From positions 1-36,628 of the forward strand of contig JAVECL010000199.1 of assembly GCA_051942245.1 (NCBI GenBank): a stretch of 36,628 nt of DNA, in the 5' to 3' direction. The stretch comes from Trypethelium eluteriae. Lineage: Eukaryota. Shown here piece after piece: positions 21,500-34,040 of the stretch. Each line of letters starts with the position of its first letter. The stretch's first letter is position 1. Position numbers and translations under genes: made by a program. The notes beneath the pieces are model-generated. The model did no database searches and was not told the DNA's origin. It saw only the letters and a program-made list of their open reading frames with translations.

Positions 21500-21769
21500 T
21501 CAGTGTTCTCTGGATCTCTTGGCTCCTGAAGATGAATGGGTGGTAGTATCATCGAGCTGGCGCTTTTTGCTCATCTTATTGTTGCCAGAAGTCAATGGAA
21601 CTGCCTTTCTCCCACCGAAGCACACTTTGCAAATGCACTTCTTGTTTTCCATCCTCCAGGTGTCGGTGATTGCGCATTCCATGAAGGGATTGTTCTTCTT
21701 GTTCGTGCATGGTTCAGGGTAGATGTCCGTATCACCGCAACCGAAGTGGTATTTAATCATATAACACAT
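21500..21769 (-). CDS. Small Cys-rich, putatively zinc-binding protein (MC..CGD..C..C..CxxC) with a basic tail
   Basis: MCYMIKYHFGCGD..PC..EC..CICKVC followed by KKRQ..KRSR. Strong CACA-ATG start context. Confidence 0.6.
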   Translation of the reverse strand: MCYMIKYHFGCGDTDIYPEPCTNKKNNPFMECAITDTWRMENKKCICKVCFGGRKAVPLTSGNNKMSKKRQLDDTTTHSSSGAKRSREH

Positions 21770-22482
21770 TGTGATTCTGGCGCTGCGAGGGTTTTATATG
21801 AGCACTGTAAAATTTGCTGCCGAATAAAATAGATTCCAGGAGGTCGCGGAGTAATATCTCGAATGAAGAGGATAAACTTGATGCTGAACCTTGACGATCA
21901 ATGAAAGTGCAGTAGAGGGGGGCAGTGGATTCTTATAGACCTTCGAGACGAGGTAATTGTTAGGTAGAAGGCGACACATCTAGATGAGGACGCGACGATT
22001 TACGCCGGTGATTCATCTTCGCTGAGTCAATGGTGAGAATTCTGTCATATGGTTGGTTGGATAGAGTCATTTTTCAGTGAAAAGACTCAAGAGTAACGGA
22101 AAGGCAGCGGCAGCAATGACAGTATGGTTAATGATTCGACTATAAATTTGCTCGACACAGTGATTAATAAGACGAAGGAATTAATAGACTGGGCGTGATA
22201 AGCACTACGTCATGCACAGTAAATGTTATAACCAGCCGGAGAGGTGACGACCACGATAGAAGGCCCGATAGACTCACAAGGAAGAAAAGAGACTCAACTT
22301 ACTATTGGGGATGAGTTAGGCTGTGAGCACACTGAAGCGGAAGATTGCAAGTAGTTTCTAGAGATCGAATGTAGTCAAGCTCACTGCCGGGACCAACCCA
22401 GACGGGAACACATGCAAACATTGAGGCCTACTGAAACACACATCCAAACATAAAGTTGTCGCGTTACACTCATCTTCGTAGA

Positions 22483-25142
22483 TTATCTCCTTATGCCTCG
22501 CATGACGCCCACAGTAGATGACCCAACTCGATCTTCCGAGTCATGGCAGCGAGGCCCTTGCCCATACATGGGTGGTCGAGAATCTGACGGACCTCCAAAA
22601 CTTTGCGTACGCAACGCACCGCTTCTAGCACCTCGTATGCCAAATGTGTCTTGTCTCCTCGAGCCAAATGACGACCGTGGGCCTAACAGACCAGATGTTG
22701 ATGGAGTCGCGGATGGTAGCGGAGCAGCTCGCTTGGGTGCAGAGGTCTGTGCCCACCTCCCATACATGTCGTTCCTCGAGGTTTGCGTGGAGTGTACTGG
22801 TCCTGCACGAGGAAGGTCAGGGCGTTGAAATAGGCCCTCGGCCGTCCGTGGGGTCTCAGGCACAATGAGGCTGTTGTTAGCAGCTGCTCTTGGTCCGCGA
22901 CCTCGATAAAAAGGATCTCGATATACGTCGTATGGATCGTCCGTATATGTTCGAATACGCGCATCGGTACGCGGTTGCTGTGCAGGCTCCGTTCTGAAGC
23001 CCTGCATCATATCACGAAACTCCTCATTCTTGCTCCGGGGTATCGACGGAGTATCTGCATATAAATTTGCTCGTAGAGAGTGGAAAAATGGACTGGACAC
23101 TGACTTGTATGGTGATGTGGCGGAATCGTATCTCTGTCGTACTGGAGCCGGAGTGACTGGAGCAGCATTCTGATTTTGATAAGGCGAAGACCACCAAAGG
23201 GAATGCGTTTCTCGGTTGCTTCGAAAGGGATTGCTGGTGTCCATATGCTCGTCAGAACGAGCGTCTTTCAGATGTCCAACCTGTCGTCGGTTTGCATTCG
23301 ACCCTGTATAGTGGGTTAGTGGCTCTGTCCTATGGGCAGATCTCGGTACGAATGGGGCTCCTTCTGGTGAAGGCCGATATATGTTCCGTACCACATCTTC
23401 CATGCCAAAAAAAGCATCGATTCGCTTCGGACTTTGCGGCCGGTGACCTTGGTTGTACTGCGATGACTTCTCGTAGTTGTAGTGCCTGGATCCATGGATC
23501 ACATTTGCTGAGTGGTGAGCGTCAGATGGTTCCAGACTCTGGATCGGCTTCGGGGGCACAAAAGAGGGATCACCCAACAGAGCATTGTTCTCCGGATCTT
23601 GTAATCGAGCCCTTTTGTAATCTTGAGGAGATGTCGTTTGGCTGACCGCGGTGCCATGCTGATGGACTCTTTCAAGATTTCGGAACGTATGATTATTGTA
23701 CTCATGCGTCATATGCTCGCGTGAGATACCATTTGCTTCATTCTGCTGCCGCTCGTATCGATTTACCTGTACGGCCTCTGCATCCGGCCTTTCAATCGTT
23801 TGCTCCGAACTCTGTGGTTTTGTGGGCAAGGTTAATCTTGGACTTGAACGCGAATGACTCGATCTGTGGGACAAGCGTTGTGGACTGCGAATTGGCAGCG
23901 CAGAAGGAGGCGGCATCATATCACGGCTTGTACCTTTTGCGGGGTTTCGCGCCTCAATGAACGAACTTTGAATATCCTGTAGATAATCGGCACGTTTTCT
24001 TTTCGTTCCAGAGCTTCCCCAACCGTCATCAGAAATCAAATATTCAGTAACATATGCGTGTTTTGACTGCGGCCTAAATGTTGTGTGATTCGAAGTAGAT
24101 TGATCGCCTGGCTCTCTTCGGTGGTCTCGATACTCGTCGAGTTTTTCGATGGGAGTTATATCAAGTTCGCCATTGATTCCCGGACGTGACGCCGAATGTT
24201 GCCTGTTAGGACTGGTGACGACCTTGTCCTCCACTCGCTCATTTGGCGGGCGATATGAGAATTTTGTGCTCGGGACTTCGTAGCCTAGATACAACAGTTG
24301 CTTTCTGAGTAGCTCATTCTCACTGTACCTGGATAAGCATTCGTACATGCTGCTACAACCAATTAACTTACTTTGCTAGTTTTGTCACCAAGCCAAGATA
24401 GTGCTTGATTTGAGGCTCCTTTCGCTTCCATAGTTGCAATCGCTTTTCGCTTTCCCCGAGAACCTGTACTCTGGCTTGTAGCTCCTGTACTTGTCCCTCT
24501 AAATCATCTGCTCTGGTTGCCTCTTCTGTCACCCTTTTCTCCAGAACGCTAGAATTTTTGGACTGCTCCCTCACCTTGTGTAAGGCCTTCATCCCGTAGC
24601 GCATAAGGGAGAGATATTGAAACTATACTAATCAACAAGATTGTGCTAAGACTTATGCATCTATAGAACTCACCCTCATTGCCCCGGTATCTTTGAAATC
24701 GGCATCCAGCTTAATCGGCGGAACTTGAAAGAACGATGGGGGAATTGCAGCATCGAAATCGCCATTGGAGATACCACGAATACCATATAAGTTCCTAGGG
24801 GACTGATCATTCTTGGTAGCAGCGCAAAACGGGCAGGGTGCGCGTGGAGGCTTGCTCTCCGGATGAAACGGTGCACCTAAAGAGTCGACATCAGGGACAG
24901 CAAGGAAATGTAGTACGCGCCTGCTTACCTCCACCCTCTAGATGTTCGCCGCAGGTGAGATGTGCGCATTCTGTGAGCCATAGCTTTGTGGTTGTGGTGT
25001 CGTGGCTTTGCCTGCCATCATTTAATCCGTGATTGCTTGGTCGAGAACTGTAGACGTCGTTGATTGTCGCCTGACAAATTGAACAACTAAGTATGAGCTC
25101 GAGCGGCGCGATAATTATCTCGTTTGAGCTGTTTCCCGACAT
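22483..25142 (-). CDS. Zip3/Cst9/RNF212-like meiotic RING E3 ligase (RING, coiled coil, long disordered S/P/R-rich tail); exons 25142-24929, 24876-24674, 24622-24372, ~24322(or 24328)-22483
   Basis: CSIC..LWLTECAHLTCGEH..CPFC resembles the Zip3-type RING (LTxCAHxxCxxH). It is followed by RFQYLSL and a coiled coil. Three GT-AG introns join the ORFs in frame. Confidence 0.75.
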
Positions 25143-25372
25143 TTAGAGCACTTTCAGTGGGGCCATTAAACCGAGCAGGGAAATGTGCGGACGGGTCGAA
25201 AACGCGTCATCACGTGCTACCATTTATGATGAAGCATTCTCGCCTATGGCGACGATTGAAGAAGCGAAGCATAGTGATACGAATAGCAGTTGCTCATCTA
25301 GATGCTTTACCACGGCAAAGGAAACTCAAGTCACCATATGTACAATTACTCACAATCCCGCCAGTGTAGCAT

Positions 25373-26068
25373 TTATTCGAAGGTTCTACAAGGATAGCTG
25401 CAATACGTCAGTATCTCGATAACTGTGGTTGAAATCAAAACAGCTTACTTTGTACCATAGGTTTGCTCTTTGAGAATCTCGTATCTCTTTCCACCCTCTA
25501 GTGGACTAAGGCCACTTGGTAATGGAGGCAGTCCACCAGGGCCCAGTATGCTTGCAATATTTTTCTTCCCTTCATCCTTTTCAAAGAACTTGGATAGCCC
25601 CCTCTGTCCTTCCTCTTTTACCTCCACGAGCTGCTTCTGCCCTGCGTCACCAATCTTCAGTACCTCATCCTTAGGAGTTGCCTTACTTCCCACTGTCAAG
25701 AGGCCGACCACATCGCCTTGGTTCACGACGCTCAATTTCGGATATTGCCTTCGGACATCACGTTTCCAGTATGGATTCTCAGCAAGATCGGCAGCAGGGA
25801 CTGTAACAGGGTCGTCGTAGTTGCGAGGGTCGTTGGCTCCTGGAGGAGGATTGCGGAATTGAGGGTTAAGAGGGATACCGCTGGAGCGCTTTGGATCGAT
25901 CGATAGCTTTGACGATATCCAGGCACCCCAGCCTTGTGGTTGTACTGTGTATTTCTGGTGCGTGGAATTAGCTTAGAGTAAAGAGAGAGGAGCGCATATA
26001 GGTACTTTATAACGAGAGGCTTGGTTGGCAGCAGACTGTATAGCTTGCTTTGCGCCTGCGGAAGCCAT
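25373..26068 (-). CDS. NADH:ubiquinone oxidoreductase 21.3 kDa accessory subunit (NUZM-like); exons 26068-26006, 25954-25449, 25397-25373
   Basis: KYTVQPQG..IDPKRSSGIPLNPQFRNPPPG..PAADLAENPYWKRDVRRQYPKLSVV..LLTVGS..YPCRTFE. Two GT-AG introns with CTAAT and CTGAC branch sites. Confidence 0.92.
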
Positions 26069-26862
26069 GCGGAAAGGGAAGAAAGCCTCAAGAGGTCGCT
26101 CGGCTCTCAATAGATCCTGATAATGGGGTGCTCTTGCATCATTCAGGGTGTCGAATGGGTTCATCAGACGGCGTAGCTCCGCCAGAGATGTACGCTAGGC
26201 CAACTAAGCCCAGAACGGCAATGCGGCTCTCCGTGCGAAGAAAAAGTCTCCGATTTCGAGATACAGACCTTCATCTCTCATCCTGTTAATTACAATGCTA
26301 AACATGCCTTATATATTCCTTCACTTTACAGTCTTATAAAATTTCTATATTTGCTAACCGTTGTATACATTGACTTTAACAATTCTAGACTTCAAATGTC
26401 AAGAAATGCAGGTACGAAGATGCTTTGTTGTTACGGTACGATAGTTTACGAGTCAAAATCGGATACTTTTTCTCCACCCGGACAGGCAGGCTAAGCTACT
26501 TCATGATCCCTAGTTCTGCAGCATCTGACCGGTGCCAATGTCTACAACGTACATTAGCACGCTCATAGATTAATAATTGTCTATGACTCGAGAGAGCAGA
26601 TACTCCCATTCGGCGGGTTCCTTGCGAATCCGATTCGCTACAAATCCTTGAGCAGAGCCTTTCATTGGTTTGAGACTGTTTCACTGAAGTATTTGTGTGA
26701 CGTAGGACGATGTGTATCCTAGGTAGGTTAACCGTAAACATCAGGGCGCAGAGGCATATATACATATGCAGGCGCTTCCTGATTGACCGCTATCAAGCGT
26801 CGAGTGCTCCGTTTGATTGATATCCAAAGCGTTTCTCTCCAGATCATCACGACTCCTCAACT

Positions 26863-28166
26863 ATGTCTTCTAAATCATTTGTGATCCAGGATGTTCGAAT
26901 CTTCACCGGCGAGGAGGTCATTGACTCTGGATTCGTCCACGTTGATGATGGGCGGATCGTTGCTGTCGGCTCCGTTAGGCCAACAACGAGTGATGCAGTC
27001 CTGACCATATCAAGGCCTGGGCATACGCTGCTTCCAGGTCTCATCGATGCCCACGTCCATTCTGATGCCAGTCATACAGTTCTCGCCCAGTCAATAAAAT
27101 TTGGAGTGACTACAGTCCTTGACATGGGATCCAAGGCAGAAGATATTCAATACCTCAGAGGCGTTGCTAACGAACGTAAAGATTACGCTGATATCAGAAG
27201 CGCCCAGACAGCAGCCATGGTCGAGGGAGGTTGGCCAACGCCTGTATTTCTAGCCTATGACTCTTCGCCAGGGGCTACAGCCATACTGGATTCGTGGCCC
27301 AAGATCAGAGGTCCTGCAGATGCTGACGAGTTTGTGGCGAGGAACGTACATGAAGGTGCAGACTATACCAAGATTCTTCATGATAGCGGCCATGCGGTGA
27401 AGGCAGGGCCATTGCCAAGCTTTTCAATCGAATCACAAAAAGCACTGGTGAAGGCCAGCCATAAGCGTGGAGTGAGGTGTTTTGCACATGCCACAGGCCT
27501 AGAAGACACCTTTCAAGTCTTGGAAGCCGGCGTCGATGGTGTCATGCATACTATTTACGACAAGAGCCCGTCAAAGGAACTTGCTAAAGCGTATAAGCAA
27601 TGCGGTGCATTCTGTAATCCTACTCTCGGGGTCATTGCGACTTTGACCGGCGAAGGAGATGACATCAGGTTGCGTCTGGCAAGAGATCCGAGAGTCACTG
27701 CAAGGTTAGACCAGGAGACTTTAGAGCGATTAGCGAAGACGATTGGAATTGGGAAGCCAGGCGCTAGTGTTAAGTACGCCTATGAAAGTGTGAGGATGCT
27801 TCATAAAGCTGGTATCGATATCATCTGGTACGTTCACATCTGTCTTCATATTACAGCCAAGACTTATGCCACCATTTCCGCAGTGGTTCCGATACGGCGC
27901 ATATTTCTTTAGGCTCAGCATATGGTTTCTCACCTCATCATGAGCTATCCTTGCTTGTTCACAAGGTAGAATTAACGCCGAGAGAGGCTCTTCGATCTGC
28001 CACTGCTCTTACTGCAGTGCGATTTGGCTTCGAAGATCGAGGTTGCATCGCGAAAGGAAGAAAGGCTGATCTGCTGCTTGTTGAAGGGAATCCGCTTGAG
28101 GATATAGAAGCTACCTTGAATTTGAGAGGTGTATGGAGAGATGGCGTGGAGTTACAGTCCGCCTGA
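26863..28166 (+). CDS. Metal-dependent amidohydrolase (TIM barrel; imidazolonepropionase/prolidase-like group); exons 26863-27827 and 27884-28166
   Basis: LLPGLIDAHVH, GVTTVLDMG, YTKILH, FAHA, GVMH, CGSD (across intron 27828-27883) and DRGCIAKGRKADLLLVEGNPL. Confidence 0.93.
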
Positions 28167-28742
28167 AGTCGTTCGGTCAGATTGCGAGATTGCAGCCGTA
28201 GGATATGTGTTTCCTTGGCCGATGATTGTGTTTGCGCCTTCGTAATATTCGTAATGTCATCGTAATCGATGAAGGGTCTGACAGATCGGAATCAGGCTAA
28301 TAGTTTACATTATATTGAAGACTGTTCTTGCCTCAAGGATCTTGCTGTGATTGGTCCAGAGAGCTACCTGCGCAGAGTCGGTTTGCACTGTATGGAACAG
28401 GTCCGTTCTTCATCTGCACTTCACGGGGGATGCTGCCTCCGCAGTCCGAATTTCCTGGTGTCGTACGGGAAACCGGCAAGTCTCGATGATTATTCTCTAT
28501 TGCTCATATATATGTGTCGGCGCTCCTCGGCGCCGTCTGTACAAAGTCAAGTGCTGACGGCGGCGGCGGCGGCACAGTGCAGAGGTGGGGCTTGACGTGG
28601 AGATCTCAACAAGGATTCATGGCAGTAAGGACGGGAGTGGTTATCTATTCTACCTTAAAGGAGAGAAAAGTCCTGAGTTTAGAGTATATTGTACGGTCGT
28701 GAATTGGATGGAAAGTGTATTAAATCGATTTTATAGTATATT

Positions 28743-30101
28743 ATGAAGATGGCTTTGGAAGAGAAAAAGACGCCAACCATTGCAATCATTGGAGCAGGAC
28801 TCGGGGGCGTTACCCTAGCAATCGGTCTCCTTAATCAAACGAGCATCCCGCCATCTGCTATCCATCTTTACGAAGCAGCATCACAATTCTCTGAAATAGG
28901 TGCTGGTATTGCGTCTGGACCTAATGCTGTTCGTGCGCTCCGGCTCATCTCCCCGAGGATCGCAGAAGCGTATGCAAAATGTGTAACGAACAACGCGGAG
29001 CAGGATCTCTGGTCAACCTGGCTGGGATTTCGTTGGGGGATGCCAAGTAAAGACGGTACGAGGAGAACGGAAGATTTGATTCTGAATTTAGAATACAAAC
29101 CGATAGCCGGCCAAGCCGATGAAGAACTCATCCCTGGAAAACCAATCCTGGCGCGCTCGTGTGTTCATCGTGCCGCTTTTTTGGACGAATTGGTGAAGTT
29201 GATCCCAGATGGCATGTGCTCTTTTCGAAAGACACTCGAGGACATTACGGAACAATCGTCTTCGGATCCTGTTACACTGCATTTTTCAGATGGTACCACG
29301 GCTCGTGCGGACATCGTTATTGGCTGTGATGGTGTCAAGTCCCGCACACGTACCTTGCTTTTTGGCGCTGAGAAAGCAGCACCACAATTCACGAACCAGT
29401 ATGCATATCGCTCCCTCGTGCCTATGGAACTTGCAGTAAAAGCAATGGGGCCACTGTTAGCGCAAAATGGGCATATACACTTCGGCTACGGCGGCTACAT
29501 TATCACATATCCTGTCGATCATGGGAAGTTGATGAATCTGGTTGCTATCAAGCCCTTTACTGAACCCTGGCCTTCTGATAAGCCATGGACCGCACCTGCA
29601 ACGCGTGAAGAGATGTTGCACGACTTCGAGGGATGGAATGAGAAGTTGCTTGCCATGCTAAATACGGTGAAGAGACCGGAGAAGTGGGCATTGTTCGATT
29701 CACAGGATCTGGAAAGATTCTGGAAGGGAAAAGTGTGTATACTAGGTGATGCAGCGCACAGCAGCACGCCACACTTGGGCGCTGGAAGTGGCATGGCTTT
29801 TGAGGACGGCTACATTTTGAGCAACTTGCTTGGGTTGTACTTCGAGACAACTAGAAGACATGGGTCCTTGGATCTGGAGAGAGTTTTCGATGCATTTGAC
29901 TCGGTCAGAAGGAAGCGAGCCCAAACCCTAGTGAAGTTCAGTCGTGATACTGGAAAGATGGTGCAGTTACGGGACAAGAGTGTAGGCGATGACGAGGAGG
30001 GCATTGCTCGATTGTTGCGAAACAGATACGATTGGGTTTGGCGATATGATTTGCAAGAAAGTCTGACAAAGGCCAAGGCAATGCTTGTCAATGGTAAGTG
30101 A
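28743..30101 (+). CDS. FAD-dependent monooxygenase, salicylate 1-hydroxylase-like (class A flavoprotein)
   Basis: IAIIGAGLGG, EIGAGI, HRAAFLDEL, VIGCDGVKS and ILGDAAHSSTPHLGAGSGMAFED in a 452-aa ORF. Confidence 0.93.
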   Translation: MKMALEEKKTPTIAIIGAGLGGVTLAIGLLNQTSIPPSAIHLYEAASQFSEIGAGIASGPNAVRALRLISPRIAEAYAKCVTNNAEQDLWSTWLGFRWGMPSKDGTRRTEDLILNLEYKPIAGQADEELIPGKPILARSCVHRAAFLDELVKLIPDGMCSFRKTLEDITEQSSSDPVTLHFSDGTTARADIVIGCDGVKSRTRTLLFGAEKAAPQFTNQYAYRSLVPMELAVKAMGPLLAQNGHIHFGYGGYIITYPVDHGKLMNLVAIKPFTEPWPSDKPWTAPATREEMLHDFEGWNEKLLAMLNTVKRPEKWALFDSQDLERFWKGKVCILGDAAHSSTPHLGAGSGMAFEDGYILSNLLGLYFETTRRHGSLDLERVFDAFDSVRRKRAQTLVKFSRDTGKMVQLRDKSVGDDEEGIARLLRNRYDWVWRYDLQESLTKAKAMLVNGK

Positions 30102-32649
30102 GATTCTCGAGGTAATGAAGTATTGCCTGTAACTTGTGAGTATTCTTTCGAGACCATGAACTCAGCGATGAGGGTCGATGTAGTCTGCTCATACAATTCG
30201 TCTTTCCGTAAAAATCTAGATGAAGCCGGGGTTATACTCGAGAAAGTGACAGTGCATTGCAAATAAGGATACGTTAAAGACGAAGTGCGATCTTGGGTTC
30301 GCGGGTAGTGAAATATTGTCAAAAATATCAGGCCTGCTATTCTTCGTGCATCGAAGAGCCATCTGGATGCTCCTTCCTTCATGCTCGATTCGTCGAGCTG
30401 AGTTATCTGCTTTTCTTTACGACTCATCGAGCCAATTGTACGTCGATTCCCATCCAGAATTGGAGTCAAGAAATCTGCCTGGGCATGCATGAGAGCGCAG
30501 AGTGATGCGAACGAACATCTCGAAGAACCTGGCAACAGTCATAGCTCTCACAATTTTGCATACTTGGAGCCGCTCGATCCAACCACTACTCCGGGGCCAT
30601 TGCGCTTGTCGCCCACTCGTACAAAGCTGGGCTCAGATGGTCACGACATTGCTACAGCGAGCTGTGCCACTGACAACGACACAGAGGAAGCGCTTTCCAT
30701 GGCTTCTGCAGGGGCATTGGTGGGAAAACTGTGACCTGACGATCCCAATTCAATCTCCACAGCCGACTTGTCTCTCGAGCTGAAGCACCACCGTTGACTC
30801 CAGCTTAAAATGCGCACGCGGTATGCCGGCCGGTAGACCATCTTGGGCCGCCGTATCCTTTGGCGCCAACAGCATGCCGACCACATTCTTCATTAACGGC
30901 ACGACCGTGACGAGCAATGGCAAGGCCATATCCCTTGACAATGATGGCCTTCATATCGTAAGCGATTCTGGCATCAATGACGTGGCGTCTCAGAAACAAT
31001 CCCCACATTGAACGAAGCCGCGTTGTTTTGGACGCATCTGGGCACGCACAAACCACTGCTGAGGATAAGTAGCGTGGCTGCTCTGGGTGGCTACACCACT
31101 CGCAATCAGCGGTTTGAGCACGAATTTAGATAGGAAGATGCTTAGTCTGGGGTCTAGTACGATCGTTGCAAACACTTTAATGCAGTCGTTTCAAACTGTG
31201 ACGGCGGGCTTGTGAGTTTAGCGAAGACAGGGACATACTCCACTGCTAATGCATCTGGTGCGGAGAGTTGGGGAAAGAACATGGACTAGAAGTGCATCTG
31301 CGAGGCTGCGCCTGATGGGCGGTGATTTTTTGAGAATCATATGGTCTGTAGGCAAATAATGTTGGCTTCCGAAGAGATTCCTACCCGCTGCCGAGATCCG
31401 TTGATAGATTCAAAGAAATCATTCTCTTCTCTCCTCTCTTGTCGAAATCATCCTTTGGGCGGCTGCTCCATGGCTTGCCAGCTTCCCCACTGGGCAAGGA
31501 GCGGGAGCATCATCTTCATCTACCGTCTCTCTCCTGAGAGCACCATCGTCAAGGTTATTCCTTCACAACAATTTGTGTTCGGAAAGTCTGAAGCCAACAC
31601 TGCCATGTTTGATGCGTACGGCATTCAAGCCCTCTTGGTGAGACGTCAGTGTGATACCTGGCTGCAGAAAATGTTCGTCTGGCAGAAGACCGGGCCGTAG
31701 TCGGTTGTGCTCCGCTATGCCGGCTGGTGAACTCGTAACCCTCAGCACTCTCAGGGTCTGATTGCTTGGGTGGGTTGGTTCAAAGCTCGAGCCTGTAGTT
31801 AGTGCTATGGCGCTATGGTGCAGTGGCTGCATGTGGAGGGAACGATGAAGAATGAAGTTTATGCGCTGGATCGGGCGTTCCATTCGTCCTCTTGAGCTTC
31901 CTTTTGGTTCTAGCGTCGCACATCACTAGGGTTGCCCGTCGCTTAGTGATTGCAGACCAAGCTAAAGACCTCCACTCTCCATCAACATACGCGTCCTTCG
32001 CTCTACCCTGGGGCTTTGCAGACCTCGCGTCAATTATCTCCACCTGTGCAGTTTCCTGCCAAGACGGAGCTTCCCTGGTGTTTTTCTACGATCAAGCATG
32101 TTCCTCCGCTCGCTTCCAAGGGGCTTTGGACCTCAACCAATGATCTCTTACTGTTTACTATACCCAAAAGTCTATTCTCTTTCGGCGCAATTTCCCTAAA
32201 GCTCTCGAGCGTCGTCATTTTGCGCTGCGTCTTGCGAATTCTCTCTTCTCGTCATCAACTACCTTGCTCATACTGCACAGTAACACCTACCGATCATCAA
32301 CGATCCCTACGTAGTGGGACGTTAACAGCGTATCAACGACGATGTTTCGGAAAGCACGATGCAATGAACCTGACTTCGGGACCACGCATCCTCCGGGACC
32401 ACAGTAGTCTAGAGAATGAGCGTGTCATGGTACTGCGTAAGGTGAGGCATCGCGAAATAGCCCTTTCATCTTGTATACAAGTGGCTGAGTTAATCCACGC
32501 GTCCGCCAATCTCGAGCGGTATAAGAGAAGAGAGACGCTTCATGTTGTAGCTCTGTGTCCTATATCGAAGGATTTCAACTTCAGCCACTATCTTGCGATA
32601 GAAACGACGTTCATTTCTGAAAATCGCCCGTCCAATTTCAGTACCAGTC

Positions 32650-34040
32650 ATGTCTCCTTCGCTCAAACTCGTTCTTTCGCTTGCTACAGTTCTGTCTTGT
32701 GTCTTTCCTACTTTCGCACATCCCGGTGAACACCACGATCATGCTGAAGTTCATCATGAGATTGTCAAGCGAAATGCCCATGGTGCCATGATCCAGCGAG
32801 GCCTTGCCGCTTGTGCCAGCAACCCCGAATTCCGTGCATTGAAGGCGCGTGGTGAGACTCGTCGTTACGAGAAAGCTCGCGCAATGCGGAAAGCTCGCGG
32901 GCTTGATATGGAGAGTAGGGATTACTGTGGTTTCGGGTGTGATCAGTTCACTGACTGTCGGTAGAGCCATATAAGACTCGTCGCGATTTGTCTGCCCTCG
33001 AGCAATTCGAGACTGTCAATCACAATTACACCAGCTCCGGTTACGATTTGAATACATCGCCCGAGAAACTGTTCGCATCGTACAAGAATGTGTCTTGCAT
33101 ACTGACCCCTGAAGTCACCGAGGGTCCTTACTACGTTACTGGCGAATACTTTCGTACAAATGTTACTGACGGCCAGGAAGGCGTCCATGTCCACCTTGAG
33201 TATCAATACATTGACATCAGCACTTGCAAAGCCGTCTCTGGACTGTATCTTGACACCTGGAATGCCAACTCTACTGGGGTTTATTCTGGTGTCGTTGCTT
33301 CAGGAAATGGAGTCGGTACAGCCGACGAGAGTAACTTGGTACTGGCATGGACGATCTCGAATTTCTGAACTAGCCTTGCTGACCTATGGTATTATTAGAA
33401 CAACACCTTCCTTCGTGGCGTCACTGAAACCGACGAAGAAGGTGTCGCTGCCTTTGACACACTCTTCCCGGGTCATTATCAAGGCCGTGCTACACACACT
33501 CATCTCATCGCCCATACCAACGGCTCGTAAGTTATGTCCCACTTCGATAGGCATTCAATCCCTTCCCTCTCAAATTTGCTTCAACTCTGCCAAAATAGCT
33601 TACTTTTATCATAGAATCAATCGCAACGGCACTTACACTAGCGGCAACATTGCCCACGTCGGCCAGATTTTCTTCGACGAATCCCTTCGATCAGCTGTTG
33701 AAGAAGTCTATCCATACAACACCAATACGCAAGTTGTTGTCTCCAATGACGACGACATGTGGGCACCTGAGCAAGCCGACAGCAACTACGACCCCTTCCC
33801 CGAATGGGCCTACCTTGGGGACTCAGTATCTGATGGTCTGCTCATGTGGATCTCGGTCGGTATCAATATGAGTGCCAGCTACAACGTCAGCGTTGCTGGT
33901 ACTCTGACTGCTAACGGTGGCGTTCCGGAGAATACCGGCAATTTCACCGCGCCCAGCGGGACTCCCCCAGCTGGTAAGTTCCCAGCAAATCGGATTCAGA
34001 AGAAAAATGCAGGCGACTTGCTAAATGATTCACAGTGTGA
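32650..34040 (+). CDS. Secreted intradiol ring-cleavage dioxygenase-like protein; exons 32650-32914, 32965-33338, 33399-33526, 33615-33973, 34036-34040 (ends at 34077 if the last intron is retained)
   Basis: Signal peptide then HPGEHHDH. Motifs CILTPEVTEGPYY, WNANSTGVYSG, FLRG, FPGHYQGRATHTH (Tyr/Tyr/His/His iron ligands) and HVGQIFFD. All introns are in frame. Confidence 0.9.

Noticed and set aside
28558..28572. (CGG)5 upstream of the monooxygenase as a Zn2Cys6 binding site
   Set aside because: Indistinguishable from a simple microsatellite without conservation data.
29810..30535. 241-aa minus-strand ORF
   Set aside because: Overlaps the monooxygenase antisense and has no recognisable motifs.
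30489..32729. Several short ORFs and a 259-aa ORF (31950..32729) between the monooxygenase and the dioxygenase
   Set aside because: No consistent exon chain, family motif or clear ATG context could be built. A degraded gene cannot be excluded.
33160..33614. N-terminal half of the 305-aa ORF 33160..34077
   Set aside because: Out-of-frame overlap with dioxygenase exons 2-3 and introns; only 33615 onward is coding in this frame.
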